A stretch of DNA of 64,000 nt from Candidatus Iainarchaeum sp. (GCA_018304425.1 JAGVWE010000004.1:123181-187180), one strand, 5' to 3'; counted from the stretch's first letter, positions 41,246 to 51,650 are shown. Notes: a model not told the origin generated them from the letters alone. Numbers and translations: made by a program.

Positions 41246-42231
41246 CAGAAATCACTCATCGTTTTTTTAATCGCGTTCAACACCCGCTTGGGGTTCGGCA
41301 GGTAATAGTCTTCGAGCCTCGGATAAGGGGTTATGATGTCGCAGCCCGTGATCCGCTCCATCGGGGCCTTCAAGGACAGGATGGCGCGCCGTGCAATCGT
41401 GGCCGCCAGCTCCGCGCCCACGCCGCAACTCCGCGGGGCCTCGTGCACGATGACGGCCCGCCCGGTTTTCTTCACCGAGTCAACGACGGCTTTCTTGTCC
41501 AAGGGGCTGACCGTACGCAAGTCAATGACTTCCGCGCTGATGCCCTGCTCCTGGGCGAGCTCCGCCGCGTCGTTGGACACGCGCGCCATGTTCCCATACG
41601 ACACCACGGTTACGTCCGTGCCCTCCCGCACCAGCCTGGCTTCCCCCAGGGGAACCGCATACGGTTCTTCGGGGATTTCCTGCTTGAACGCGCGGTACAG
41701 TTTCTTGGGTTCCAGGAACAGCACGGGGTCCTCTTCGCGGATGGCGGAAACCATCAAGCCCTTCGCGTCATAGGGGTTGGAGGGAATGACGACTTTACAG
41801 CCCGGCAAGTGCACGAACAGCGCTTCCATGGCCTCCGAGTGGTGCTCCAAGGCCTTAATCCCGCCCCCGTAGGGCATGCGCAGTACCAGGGGACAGTGGA
41901 AGCGGCCGCGGCTCCGGTTCCGGATGCGCGCGGCATGGGAAATCAACTGGTCAAAGGCCGGGTACACGAAGCCATCGAACTGGACTTCGGCAACGGGGCG
42001 AAGGCCCGAAACCGCCAGCCCGATGGCCGTGCCCACAATCCCGGACTCGGCCAAGGGGGTGTCGATGACGCGTTCCTCGCCGAACCTCGCATACAGGCCA
42101 TCAGTCACCCGGAACACGCCCCCGTCCTTTCCCACGTCCTCGCCAATCACGATGACCCGCTTGTCGCGCTCCATTTCCTGGCGCAACGCCGCGTTAATGG
42201 CTTCCACCAAGGTGGCTTTCACCATCGCCAT
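41245..42231 (-). CDS. pdhB: 2-oxoacid dehydrogenase E1 beta
   Basis: GEDVGKDGGVFR, DTPLAESGI, EHHSE. Confidence 0.94.
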   Translation of the reverse strand: MAMVKATLVEAINAALRQEMERDKRVIVIGEDVGKDGGVFRVTDGLYARFGEERVIDTPLAESGIVGTAIGLAVSGLRPVAEVQFDGFVYPAFDQLISHAARIRNRSRGRFHCPLVLRMPYGGGIKALEHHSEAMEALFVHLPGCKVVIPSNPYDAKGLMVSAIREEDPVLFLEPKKLYRAFKQEIPEEPYAVPLGEARLVREGTDVTVVSYGNMARVSNDAAELAQEQGISAEVIDLRTVSPLDKKAVVDSVKKTGRAVIVHEAPRSCGVGAELAATIARRAILSLKAPMERITGCDIITPYPRLEDYYLPNPKRVLNAIKKTMSDF

Positions 42232-42233
42232 GC

Positions 42234-43319
42234 CTATTCCTGCCTCTCCTCGTCCAGCCATCGCTTGAGCATGGCCATCTGCTCCGTCAAGTCCATCGTC
42301 ATTTCCTTGTACATGTACTTGAACATGTCCTCGGGCTCCGGCTTCGGGAACGCCTCGTACGCTTCGACGGCTTTCTCCACGGTTGCCACCGCGTCGTCCA
42401 GGCACTTTTGCTCGAAGCCCTCATCCCACAAGCCGTTGGCTTTCCCGTACTTCTTCAACCGGTCGATGGGGTCACGCTCCCTCCAATAAGCTATTTCTTC
42501 GGGCGGCCGGTACTTCTTGGCGTCATCGCTGGTCGTGTGGTCGCCCATGCGGTAGGTCATCAATTCAAGGAGCGTCGGGCCCTTGCCGGCGTGGGCCTTG
42601 TCCAGCGCGTGCTTGGCCGCGGCATACACCGCGAAGACGTCGTTCCCATCCACCTGGATGCCTTCGAAGCCGTAGGCCAGCGCCTTTTGCGCCAGCGTTT
42701 CCGCGCGGGTCTGCTTCTTGCGCGGCACCGAGATGGCCCACTGGTTGTTCTGGCACACGAAAAGAGTCGGGGTCTGGAACACGCCGGCAAAGTTCATGGC
42801 CTCATGGAAGTCCCCCTCACTGGTTCCGCCGTCTCCAAAATAGGTCACCGTTGCAACGTCCTTTCCCTGGAGCTTGCTGCCCCACGCATAGCCGACCGCG
42901 TGCAGCATCTGCGTTCCAACCGGCACGGCCACCGGGAAGACGTTCACGTCCTCGGGCACCTTCATGCCCCGCTCGTCTCCCCCCCAATACCACAGGTACT
43001 GGGCCATGGGAAAGCCCCGCATCAGGATGATGGGGTGCTCGCGGAAGCAGGGAAAGACCCAGTCCTGTTCCTGCATGGCCAAAGCGACCGGGATCTGGCA
43101 GGCTTCCTGGCCCGTGCTCTGCGCGTAGGTGCCCATCCGTCCCTGCCGCTGCAGCTTGAAGCACTTGTCGTCGAACACCCGGGCAAGCACCATCCAACGC
43201 AGCATCTCCTTGACTTGTTCCTTGGAGAGCTTGGGCATCATCTTCTCGTCGGTCTTGCCGTCCTTGTCCATGACCGACCAGGACTCGACCCGGCCCTCAT
43301 AGGCCACCTTCTTAGGCAC
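42234..43319 (-). CDS. pdhA: 2-oxoacid dehydrogenase E1 alpha
   Basis: TPP motif GDGGTSEGDFHEAMN..NNQWAIS; HTTSDD. Confidence 0.94.
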   Translation of the reverse strand: MPKKVAYEGRVESWSVMDKDGKTDEKMMPKLSKEQVKEMLRWMVLARVFDDKCFKLQRQGRMGTYAQSTGQEACQIPVALAMQEQDWVFPCFREHPIILMRGFPMAQYLWYWGGDERGMKVPEDVNVFPVAVPVGTQMLHAVGYAWGSKLQGKDVATVTYFGDGGTSEGDFHEAMNFAGVFQTPTLFVCQNNQWAISVPRKKQTRAETLAQKALAYGFEGIQVDGNDVFAVYAAAKHALDKAHAGKGPTLLELMTYRMGDHTTSDDAKKYRPPEEIAYWRERDPIDRLKKYGKANGLWDEGFEQKCLDDAVATVEKAVEAYEAFPKPEPEDMFKYMYKEMTMDLTEQMAMLKRWLDEERQE

Positions 43320-44223
43320 GCTGTTCCGCCCCCACCTGCTTTCCTGCCCTGATTACGCCCTCCAGGAACAGCTCCCCTGCCTTGTAACTGCTGCGCACGA
43401 AGGGCCCGGAGGCCACGTAGAGGAAGCCCCGTTCGAGGGCCCGCTGCCTATACCACTCGAATCTTTCTGGTGACACGAACTCCTTCACTGGCAAATGCAG
43501 TTTGCTGGGCTGGAGGTACTGGCCCAAGGTGAGCACGTCGCATCCAACGCCCCGCAAGTCATCCATAGCCTGCAAGACGTCCGCCTCCCTTTCGCCCAAG
43601 CCCAGCATGAGGCTTGACTTCGTGTAAATCCTTGAATCGAATTCCTTGACGGCCTTCAACACGGAGAGGCTCTGCTCGTAGCCGGCGCGGGGGTCGCGCA
43701 CGCCCTGTTGCAGTTCCCTCGTGGTCTCGAGGTTGTGCGCGTACACGTGGGGCAAGGCCGCCGCCACCTCCTGCACAAGCCGCTTTTCCCCGCGGAAGTC
43801 AGGAGTCAGCACCTCGACCAGCATGCCCGGCAACTGTTTCTTGATTTCCGCGATGCAGCGCGCGAAGTGCCCCGCTCCCTGGTCCGGCAAGTCATCGCGG
43901 TCCACGGAAGTGATCACCACGTACTTCAACCCGAACACCTTGACGGCTTGCACCAGCTTGAAGGGCTCGAAGGGGTCCAGGGCCTTCGGGTTGCGCCGCG
44001 TTTTCACGTTGCAGAACCGGCAGCCCCTCGTGCACTCATCCCCCATCACCATGAAGGTCGCGGTTCCTCCCCCCCAGCACTCGCTGCTGTTCGGGCACTT
44101 GGCTTCCTCGCACACCGTGTTCAAGCCCAGGCTTTCCAGGGTGGTCTTGACCAGGGCATAGTTTTGGATGGCGTGCCCGACCGGAATCCGCCGCTTCAAC
44201 CACAATGGCTTGCCTACGCCCAT
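43312..44223 (-). CDS. lipA: Lipoyl synthase
   Basis: CEEAKCPNSSEC, CTRGCRFC, VRSSY. Confidence 0.96.
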   Translation of the reverse strand: MGVGKPLWLKRRIPVGHAIQNYALVKTTLESLGLNTVCEEAKCPNSSECWGGGTATFMVMGDECTRGCRFCNVKTRRNPKALDPFEPFKLVQAVKVFGLKYVVITSVDRDDLPDQGAGHFARCIAEIKKQLPGMLVEVLTPDFRGEKRLVQEVAAALPHVYAHNLETTRELQQGVRDPRAGYEQSLSVLKAVKEFDSRIYTKSSLMLGLGEREADVLQAMDDLRGVGCDVLTLGQYLQPSKLHLPVKEFVSPERFEWYRQRALERGFLYVASGPFVRSSYKAGELFLEGVIRAGKQVGAEQRA

Positions 44224-44358
44224 TAAACCGCCTTACCCGTCCAGTTCAGTCTTTCCTATTATATAACTTGAACTACTTATAAGGGTTTGGCTTCCAAAGC
44301 GATTACCTCAGCGTTCGACGAGAATCCGGTTCAACGAGTCAATGGTCTGTCCAAGGAT

Positions 44359-46020
44359 TCAGCCCCGGTAAGTGAAGGGGTTCTCGCCTTCGCCCTTCAG
44401 GTACTTCGTGACCCCCACCACGACAATGACTGCCACCACCAACAACACCAGCAGGGGCTGCCAGTTGAAGCCCTTCTGCGGCTTGGCCCCCTCTTCCTTG
44501 TCCCCCAGGGTAACTACCCGAACGTTTTCCTTCAATTCCTCCACGGCCACGGGCTGGTTGCTGACCGCAACCTGCCTGCCCTTCACGAGGGCACGGGCCT
44601 TTCCCAGCCCGGCCAGGGCCTCCGCGGAATTGGCTTTCAACAGGAACTGCAGCGTCTTCTGCTCCCGGGGCTTCAACGGTGGCAGCACGGCGTGGAAGAC
44701 GAGCTTGCCCTCTTTTTCTTCAATGGCTTCGTTGTCCCCCACCTCCGAGAACTGGCTGGCCCCGTACTCGTCCACGACTTCCACGCCCTCCAAGAGGCCC
44801 TCTCCCAGGTTTCCCACCACCAGGTCCACGACAAGGCCTTCCCCCCAATTGAACACGCCCGTTGACACGTTCTTCCGCATCTCGACCTTTTCAAAGCAAC
44901 CGGTCTCGGAATTGAAGTTCTCCGCGTTCCGGGGCGTGTCACGGCATGGGTCGCAGGCATCGCCGAGCCCATCGCCGTCCCCATCGGCTTGCCCGCTGTT
45001 CCCCGCCCGCGGGCAGTTGTCGCACGCGTCTCCGCTGCCATCGTCATCCGAGTCCACCTGGTTGGGGTTCTTTTCCCCGGGGCAATTGTCTCCGTCATCG
45101 GCAAAGCCGTCCTCGTCCGAGTCCGGGCTCACGGTCAACGCGGCCAGCTTCAACTCCTCTTTCCGGCCGAAGACATCATACAACAGGAGTTGCAGTTTCA
45201 CTTCCTGGCCGGCAGCCACTCCATTGAACGCGCAGTCGTTGACGCCGGCTTTCTCGCAGGACAACACTTTTTCGCCGTTGACCAGCAACCCCAGGCCGCT
45301 GACGCCTTTCACGCGCGGCCGCAGCGAGACCCGGTAGGGCTTGCCGTCCACGGGCTTCCGGGGCTCGACTTCGACGTCCACGAGCCGGTCCAGGGCCGTG
45401 GCCTTTTCCACGACGACTTTCACGACTTTCGTGGCGTTCAGGTTGTTGGCCTTGTCGGTCGCGACCGCGTTGAACTGCAACTCGGTTCCCACCTCAAAGG
45501 GGCCCGCCCGGTGAAAGCACACCCCCGCGCTGCCGTCACAGCTTTGCACGAGCTTCTTGTTGAAGTAAATGCCGACCCTTTCCACGCCGGACTCGTCGCT
45601 GGCAATCGCGGAAACCATTACCTCATCGTATTGCGTGGGGTTCGGCGGATCCATGGATGCCTCCACCTTCGGGGGCTTCCCGTCATTGGCCTGGGTCTGC
45701 TGGGGATTGCATTCCTGGTCAATCAAGTCGAACGACACGTAGTTGCGCGGCGTCGGGTCGAGGTTGACGTCGACCACGGTAATGCATTTGCCGGCGAAAT
45801 CCCTTTTCTGTCCCTTGGAGATGCGCACCGTGCCCAGGTCTTCGCTGCCCCGCATGGCCCCGAATTCCGCGTACTGCCCGGACACGGAAGCGGTCTTGGC
45901 CGTCAACACCAGGTTCCCGCCCAGTTGCTTGGACTCGCCTTCCTTCAACGAGAACGGCTCGGCTTGAACGGCTAACGCCAGTAACAGCAACGCCGCCAGT
46001 GCAAGCCCTAACCCCTTCAT
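44359..46020 (-). CDS. Membrane-anchored surface protein with Ig-like domains and thrombospondin type-3 repeats
   Basis: Signal peptide; [39 protein letters not shown]; C-terminal TM. Confidence 0.85.
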   Translation of the reverse strand: MKGLGLALAALLLLALAVQAEPFSLKEGESKQLGGNLVLTAKTASVSGQYAEFGAMRGSEDLGTVRISKGQKRDFAGKCITVVDVNLDPTPRNYVSFDLIDQECNPQQTQANDGKPPKVEASMDPPNPTQYDEVMVSAIASDESGVERVGIYFNKKLVQSCDGSAGVCFHRAGPFEVGTELQFNAVATDKANNLNATKVVKVVVEKATALDRLVDVEVEPRKPVDGKPYRVSLRPRVKGVSGLGLLVNGEKVLSCEKAGVNDCAFNGVAAGQEVKLQLLLYDVFGRKEELKLAALTVSPDSDEDGFADDGDNCPGEKNPNQVDSDDDGSGDACDNCPRAGNSGQADGDGDGLGDACDPCRDTPRNAENFNSETGCFEKVEMRKNVSTGVFNWGEGLVVDLVVGNLGEGLLEGVEVVDEYGASQFSEVGDNEAIEEKEGKLVFHAVLPPLKPREQKTLQFLLKANSAEALAGLGKARALVKGRQVAVSNQPVAVEELKENVRVVTLGDKEEGAKPQKGFNWQPLLVLLVVAVIVVVGVTKYLKGEGENPFTYRG

Positions 46021-46027
46021 TTTCCCA

Positions 46028-46513
46028 TTACATTACGCTGAACCAGTATAAAATTCTGCCCCCGGGAAGGCCGTTAAAGCCGCTATTGCCCTGTTTTGGC
46101 CGCTTTCCGTTGGAGGAAGCCCAGGCGAACTCCCGGGCAAAGTAGAGGTACGTGTACAGGTAGAAGACCACCATGACCGCGTACGCGCGGTGCAGCCAAG
46201 TCAACTCGGCTGCGGGCATGCCCGCATAAAAGTGGTCCAACAAGTAGTCCCCGAAAACCAGGCCCAGGGCAATCGAGGCAAGCGCGCCCTTGACGGCGTC
46301 CCCAATCTTGTCGGGAAACGTTGCCACGAAGAACACCATGTACACGAGGATGCCGATACCGGAATGCATCAAGGCAAACCCGGGGTCCTGCCGCGAAAAA
46401 AGGTAGCCGCCGCCCAGGAACAGGAACCCATGCAGGAACAGGAAGGGCACCAGGAACCTGGCGAATTCCTCGCGGCTCACCTGCTGGCCGTTGACCGTGA
46501 ACGCTGCCGTCAT
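46028..46513 (-). CDS. Hypothetical membrane protein
   Basis: About 4 hydrophobic segments. Confidence 0.6.
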   Translation of the reverse strand: MTAAFTVNGQQVSREEFARFLVPFLFLHGFLFLGGGYLFSRQDPGFALMHSGIGILVYMVFFVATFPDKIGDAVKGALASIALGLVFGDYLLDHFYAGMPAAELTWLHRAYAVMVVFYLYTYLYFAREFAWASSNGKRPKQGNSGFNGLPGGRILYWFSVM

Positions 46514-46569
46514 GCGTTGTCCAACCCAACGCATAAATACTTCTTCTCCTTATTATTCCTTGTGGCTGC

Positions 46570-46821
46570 ATGCCTTACTTCGTCTACCTCCTCGAGTGCC
46601 GCGACCAAAGCCTCTACTGTGGTTACACCTCGGACCTCGGAAAGCGCGTGGCCGCCCACAATGCGGGCAGGGGAGGGAGGTACACGCGCACCCACTTGCC
46701 CGTCAAACTCGTCTACTCCGAGAAAGCCCGCACCCGCCTCCAAGCCATGCGAAGGGAACGCGAAATCAAGGGCTATTCGCGGAAGAAAAAGCAGGCGCTG
46801 ATTGAAGAAAAAAGAAAATAA
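46570..46821 (+). CDS. Small GIY-YIG nuclease (UPF0213/YazA-like)
   Basis: [26 protein letters not shown]. Confidence 0.9.
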   Translation: MPYFVYLLECRDQSLYCGYTSDLGKRVAAHNAGRGGRYTRTHLPVKLVYSEKARTRLQAMRREREIKGYSRKKKQALIEEKRK

Positions 46822-46843
46822 GGCGTCCCCTTGTGGGGACAAG

Positions 46844-46998
46844 CGCCCTGGCCGGGAATCGAACCCGGGTCTCCACCGCGCTGCAACCCATTTTGCGGGC
46901 CCCGCAGGGTTGTCCCATGCCCCGCATGGGACGTTTCCGCAAACCCTTTGTAAAAGGGTTTTGACAGGGTGGAATCCTGGCCGCTAGACTACCAGAGC
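46844..46998 (-). tRNA. tRNA-Asp(GTC) with 83-nt intron at 37/38 (46879-46961)
   Basis: Acceptor GCTCTGG/CCAGGGC, anticodon arm CCACC-CT-GTC-A^C-GGTGG, T-loop GGTTCGATTCC; BHB helix CTGT/GCAG. Confidence 0.95.
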
Positions 46999-47104
46999 AA
47001 CCTATGACCACATGTCGTCAAACTCTTATAAACCTTTGCGGCAATTGGGCCTGTTTTCCGCTCCGGCAATGGCTTTAAATTACGTTTTCTGGTAATATCC
47101 GGTC

Positions 47105-47887
47105 ATGGGAAAGCTGGTGTGGCTCGTGGCCTTGATGTTGTTGTTTTCCGTCGCGGCCCTCGCAGCGTACAGCGGGGGCAGCCGGTCCACGCCGCCCGCG
47201 AAGCCGAAGCCCCTTCCCGTGGCCGAGGAACCCCAGCCAACCCCTCCCACTGCCCGGCCTGAGCCAGCGCCCGAACCCGCAGCCGTTGAACCCATGGCAC
47301 CTGCCTCCAAGCCGGCCTTCGACGAGTCCAAGGCCAAGTGCCTGGGTCCGTCCAGTGTCGTGGAACGCGTCAAGTGCCGCCTCCGGTTGACGGACGAAGA
47401 ACTCGCGGAAACCGAGCCGGATGGCTCCACGGAAATCTATTTCCTGCCCGAGGAATGCCGGCCGCTGGGCGGGGAAGCCAGGGGCCAATGCGTTTCCGCG
47501 TACGCGCGCGTGCAGGCCTGTTGGCGGTTTGAAGGCGAGACACGCGAGGAATGCCTCCGGAAACGCGTGGGCTTGCCCGAGAAGTCCAGCGTGCGCGACG
47601 AAAAAATCAAGTGCCTGGGGGACGCGTGCCGCGAGGAACTCCGGCAAAGGGTTTACTCGCTCGTCAAGTTCCGGTTGTACAGTCTCGAAGACAAGGCCTC
47701 CAAGCTCCTGCGCAAGGGCGTCAGCGAGGACACGGTTGCCCAATTCATTTCGGAAATGGAGCAAAAAAAGGCGGAATTCAATGCCGCAACCAGCCTTGAA
47801 GCCCGGAAAAAAGTCTTGCAAGGCGCGGCCCGGCTCTGGAACGACTTCAAACTCGAAGCCTACAAGCAGGTGAGGACGGGAACATGA
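47105..47887 (+). CDS. Secreted protein with Pro-rich linker and Cys-paired helical domain
   Basis: Signal peptide, P/E-rich stretch, 8 Cys. Confidence 0.75.
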   Translation: MGKLVWLVALMLLFSVAALAAYSGGSRSTPPAKPKPLPVAEEPQPTPPTARPEPAPEPAAVEPMAPASKPAFDESKAKCLGPSSVVERVKCRLRLTDEELAETEPDGSTEIYFLPEECRPLGGEARGQCVSAYARVQACWRFEGETREECLRKRVGLPEKSSVRDEKIKCLGDACREELRQRVYSLVKFRLYSLEDKASKLLRKGVSEDTVAQFISEMEQKKAEFNAATSLEARKKVLQGAARLWNDFKLEAYKQVRTGT

Positions 47888-48120
47888 AGCAAGTGTTTGC
47901 GTTGTTGTTGGCCCTGGTGGTCTTACTCGGCTGCGTCTCCATTCAAGGCGAAAAACCGCCGCTGCCGCCCAAGCAGCCGAGCCCCGAAACGCTCGAGCGC
48001 CAGGCCGAGGCAGCCAAGGCCACGGAGTTGAGCCCGGAAACCATTTCCTCGATTGCCGGGGTTGACGTCTCCGACGACTTGGAGCAGAGCATCCAAGACC
48101 TGGACGAAGCCAGCCAATAA
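47884..48120 (+). CDS. Small lipoprotein
   Basis: MKQVFALLLALVVLLGC; ATGA overlap. Confidence 0.7.
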   Translation: MKQVFALLLALVVLLGCVSIQGEKPPLPPKQPSPETLERQAEAAKATELSPETISSIAGVDVSDDLEQSIQDLDEASQ

Positions 48121-48122
48121 AC

Positions 48123-48515
48123 CTAGTTCCCCGCGTCCAACACGATTGCGTTCTTGAGACCCCTGAAGTCGTTGTCCAGGGTTAGTAGGGTGGCATGGTT
48201 GGCGGTTGCAGAAGCATAAATGAGTGAGTCAACGGTTGCTAGCCCCGTTTTCAGGGATTCTTTGGCGGCCTGCACGCATACTTCAAAGTTTAGCAGAGCC
48301 GTTTGGCTGTTTATCAGCACAAACTCGAGCGCGCGATATATTTCTTTCTCCTGCCAACCCCCTTTTTGGAGGCGACGCCACAGTTCATACATGCTTAAAA
48401 TGGACGTAAACAACAGTTCATCCGTTGACTCGATAAATTGCTTCAGGGGCATGCTTTCCCCCAAGATATAAGCGAGCCAGACGCTTGAGTCAAGGAAGAG
48501 CCTAGAATCGGTCAC
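48123..48515 (-). CDS. vapC: PIN-domain toxin VapC
   Basis: LFLDSSVW, E, VDSLIYASA, LLTLDNDF. Confidence 0.9.
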   Translation of the reverse strand: MTDSRLFLDSSVWLAYILGESMPLKQFIESTDELLFTSILSMYELWRRLQKGGWQEKEIYRALEFVLINSQTALLNFEVCVQAAKESLKTGLATVDSLIYASATANHATLLTLDNDFRGLKNAIVLDAGN

Positions 48516-48720
48516 TTTTATCCCTAAGGTCTTTCAAGAGTTCTTTTAATGAGTATTTCTTTCCCTTTCTGGCCAGTACCCCATACATGGAACCCCGTTT
48601 CACTCGGACAAGCGTGGTAATGGCTTCGTCATACGTTTTTACCTTGTAGGACTTCTTGAGGTTGTCGAGACGTGCCTTGGTTTCGTTCCTCACCTGTATG
48701 GTGGTCGTCACGCGGTTCAT
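48502..48720 (-). CDS. vapB: RHH-type antitoxin VapB
   Basis: TTIQVRNETKARLDNLK..TYDEAI; overlaps vapC. Confidence 0.8.
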   Translation of the reverse strand: MNRVTTTIQVRNETKARLDNLKKSYKVKTYDEAITTLVRVKRGSMYGVLARKGKKYSLKELLKDLRDKSDRF

Positions 48721-48723
48721 AAT

Positions 48724-48741
48724 AACTATAGCGCTATAGTT
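48724..48741. promoter_or_regulatory. Perfect 18-bp palindromic operator of vapBC
   Basis: AACTATAGCGCTATAGTT between a TATA-like box and the ATG. Confidence 0.75.
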
Positions 48742-48759
48742 CTTAATAAGCCTTTGCGT

Positions 48760-49947
48760 TCACTTCACGCGTTCCAGGAACGCCAGGCACTCCACGTGCG
48801 GCGTGTTGGGGAACAAGTCAAAGCCCTTGAGGCTCTTCACCTTGTACTCGGGCTGGAACAGCTCCAGGTCCTCGGCCAGCGAGAGCGGGTTGCAGGAAAC
48901 ATAAGCCATTTCCCTGGGCCCCAGGCCCTTCACCCGTTCGATGAGCCGCGCGCCCAACCCCGACCGCGGCGGGTCAATCAAGGCGTACTCGAAGGTGTGC
49001 GTCAGGTTCTTGATGCGCTTGCGCACGTCGCCGGACAGGAAAGTCGTGTTCTTGACCTCGTTCAATTCCGCGTTCTTCCTCGCGAGCCTCGCCGAGTCCT
49101 CGTCCAACTCGATGCCGTAGACGACCTTCGCCTTTTTGGCGGCGGGAATGGACAACGCCCCCACCCCGCAGAAGAGGTCCAAGACCTTGTCCTCCGCCTT
49201 TAACCCGGCAATGGCTTCGGCGAACATTTTCTCGGCCAGCACGGGGTTCACCTGGAAGAACGTGTTCGGCTCGATGCGGAACGTGCAGCCCAAGAGCTTT
49301 TCGCGGATGAAGGGCTCGCCCCACGTCCGGATGACCTGTCCATGGGAGTGGTCGGACAGGGAGTCCTGCAACAGCCAGTTGATGCTTTGGACGTCGATTT
49401 TCTCGCGCAACGCGCGCACGGCCTCCTGCAACTGGAATTCCTCCACCATGCTGTAGGAAACGAAGTTCGCCATGCGCTCGCCGGTCGTCTTCGACTCCCG
49501 GATCACGAGGTAGCGCAGGAACCCTTCGTGCTTGACCGGGTCGTGGAAGGAAACGTTCCTCGCCTTCAAGGCCTCCAACGCCGTCAACGCGATTTGGTTG
49601 GCTTCCTTGGACACCAGCAGGCAATCGCTTACCTGGAAGGCCTTCGAGTAGTCCTCGCGCGTCCTATACCCGATGGCCCCGTTGAGGCAACTCAACTCAA
49701 TCTTGTTCCGGTAATAGATTTGGTTGGGCGAGGGCTCGACGGTAACGGCTTGGCCGGCCGTGAACTGGCCCAGCTCCTGTCCAAGAATCTGCGACTTCAA
49801 CGCCAACTGCTTTTCGTAGGGGAGGGGCATGACCCGGCAGCCATTACAGGTTTCCCAGTGCACGCACTGGGCCTTGCCGGGGGCGCCCTGCAAGAAGTCC
49901 TTCACCAGCCGGTCCAAGACCTTGCCCTTCTCCTTTTTGTCCACCAA
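48760..49947 (-). CDS. RlmD/TrmA-family RNA m5U methyltransferase
   Basis: CVHWETCNGC, FFQVN, DLFCGVG, DPPRSG, YVSCNP, FPNTPHVE. Confidence 0.9.
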   Translation of the reverse strand: MVDKKEKGKVLDRLVKDFLQGAPGKAQCVHWETCNGCRVMPLPYEKQLALKSQILGQELGQFTAGQAVTVEPSPNQIYYRNKIELSCLNGAIGYRTREDYSKAFQVSDCLLVSKEANQIALTALEALKARNVSFHDPVKHEGFLRYLVIRESKTTGERMANFVSYSMVEEFQLQEAVRALREKIDVQSINWLLQDSLSDHSHGQVIRTWGEPFIREKLLGCTFRIEPNTFFQVNPVLAEKMFAEAIAGLKAEDKVLDLFCGVGALSIPAAKKAKVVYGIELDEDSARLARKNAELNEVKNTTFLSGDVRKRIKNLTHTFEYALIDPPRSGLGARLIERVKGLGPREMAYVSCNPLSLAEDLELFQPEYKVKSLKGFDLFPNTPHVECLAFLERVK

Positions 49948-50005
49948 AAAACAGCACCCAGCTAATAAGCTATGAAGGACTATTAATTCGTTGCGGTCTC
50001 CAAGG

Positions 50006-51127
50006 CTATTTCTCGAACACGACCAGGCTCTCGTTGACGGTGCCGGTCTTCATCGAGCGCAGGGCGTGGCACTGGATTTTCCGGCAAGGAATTATCTCCA
50101 CCGGCTTGAAACCCACGCGTTGCCCGAGCTCCGCCAGCAACTGGTCGCTTTCCACCAACTGGTCGGGAAAGCACCCTCCAGCGATGTTGAAAACGGCCTT
50201 GGCGCCGGGCTTCAGCGCGGGCAAGCAGTTCCGCAAGACCTTTTCAAGGTCCTCGAAGTAAGCCCTGGCAATCGGCGGCAAGCCAGCGCCCGTCGCAGGC
50301 GCCCCGCCCTCGTCCGCGGCCTCCTCGCCGATGAACGCGCGGAGCCTGGTTTCCTGGGCCTTGAAGAACAACGCCAACTCCATCTTGTAAACCGTCGTGT
50401 ACTCGATTTTGTTCAGGTACGGTGGCGAGGTAATCAGGCCGCCGAAGTGGTTTTCCACGAAACTCGTCTTGCGGGCATCGCTTTCCACGGCTTCGGGCTC
50501 CACGGCAGGCAGCCCCCTTTCGGGGGCAGGGGGACTCTTTTTCAGGTCGCGGTACATGAACTTGAGCTTGCTGAAAAAAAGTTTTTTGACGGGCAGCGGG
50601 GGCTTCTTCTCGCGCCGCAGGCTCCCGCCGGCCTTGACCGCGTTGGCCACCCTTCCAGCGGTGTCCACCAGGCCCAGCAATAGGAAGTCGCGGATGAGCT
50701 CGTCCTTCATTTCCTCGATTCTTTCCTTGTAGAACAAAATGTTTTCCAGGGTCTTCGCATAAAACAATTTCCGCACCCAGTCCTGCTTGGGCGGGTTGCC
50801 CTTGAACTCGGGCTTCAGCTTCTTCAACTCCAGCACCGCGTTCCGCAGCCCCTCCAAGTCGTAGGCATGGGTCTTCGCGCGGGCTGCGAGCAAGGCCAGG
50901 GGCGAGACATCGATTCCAACCGACATCAGCCCGCGTTGCTTGCACGCCAGCAGGGTCGTGCCCGAACCGCAGAACGGGTCGAGGACGGGCTCCTCCATCC
51001 GGTAGCGGTCAATGCAGTAATCGACGAGGCCGCGGCTGAACCCCTCCTTGTAGTAGAACCAGTTGTGGATGGGCTCGCGCTTGTTCGGCGTGAAGGTAAC
51101 GGCTTCCGCGAGGTTGACCTCGTGCAT
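50006..51127 (-). CDS. Orphan amino-DNA methyltransferase (N4-C/N6-A)
   Basis: DPFCGSGTT motif I precedes ITSPPY motif IV. Confidence 0.8.
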   Translation of the reverse strand: MHEVNLAEAVTFTPNKREPIHNWFYYKEGFSRGLVDYCIDRYRMEEPVLDPFCGSGTTLLACKQRGLMSVGIDVSPLALLAARAKTHAYDLEGLRNAVLELKKLKPEFKGNPPKQDWVRKLFYAKTLENILFYKERIEEMKDELIRDFLLLGLVDTAGRVANAVKAGGSLRREKKPPLPVKKLFFSKLKFMYRDLKKSPPAPERGLPAVEPEAVESDARKTSFVENHFGGLITSPPYLNKIEYTTVYKMELALFFKAQETRLRAFIGEEAADEGGAPATGAGLPPIARAYFEDLEKVLRNCLPALKPGAKAVFNIAGGCFPDQLVESDQLLAELGQRVGFKPVEIIPCRKIQCHALRSMKTGTVNESLVVFEK

Positions 51128-51175
51128 GCAAGGAATTAGGCGGGCAACGCTTTTAAGCCAACGGCTTTGACCCGG

Positions 51176-51565
51176 TTAGGGCAGCGCCAAGTAGAGGATG
51201 ATCAAGCCCACCACGACCTTGAAGAAGGCCGCGTACCGGATGAAGGTGTTCGACTTCTTGGCCATGGCCTCGGCCACCGCGACGATTCCCTCGCGGAACG
51301 CAAAGCACAGGACTCCAAAGCCCACCATGACGACGCCGAAGAACGAGGCCAGGATGGCGAGCAAGTCGACCTCCGGCCAAATCGTGTACAAGGCGGTTGC
51401 CCCCACCAGGGCAGCCAAGGCGCCCAAGAACTTCGTGTTCTTCCGCACCATTCGCGTGACGAAGCCCTTGAACTTGCCCGGGTTGATGACCGCGGGAATC
51501 CGCGTAATCACGAGCAGCAAGCCAAAGACGAACGCAACCGTCCGCACGGGGTCAACCAATTGCAT
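51176..51565 (-). CDS. Small membrane protein
   Basis: 4 hydrophobic segments. Confidence 0.65.
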   Translation of the reverse strand: MQLVDPVRTVAFVFGLLLVITRIPAVINPGKFKGFVTRMVRKNTKFLGALAALVGATALYTIWPEVDLLAILASFFGVVMVGFGVLCFAFREGIVAVAEAMAKKSNTFIRYAAFFKVVVGLIILYLALP

Positions 51566-51650
51566 GGCATAATTAGCGCTGAACTACAATTTAAGGCTAA
51601 CGTTCGCGTGCTGGGCCGTTTTTCCCGCTTTTCCCCCCACCCGCGGCCCC

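Noticed and set aside
44298-44361. In-frame ILGQTIDSLNRILVER* after the TGA of the surface protein (readthrough or selenocysteine)
   Set aside because: Short, no recoding signal, and TGA is a normal stop throughout the window
46570-48741. Integrated element at tRNA-Asp (GIY-YIG and vapBC nearby)
   Set aside because: No integrase and no duplicated tRNA end found
50290-50315. cgcaggcgccccgccctcg resembling part of the dispersed repeat
   Set aside because: Short GC-rich match without the hairpin arms
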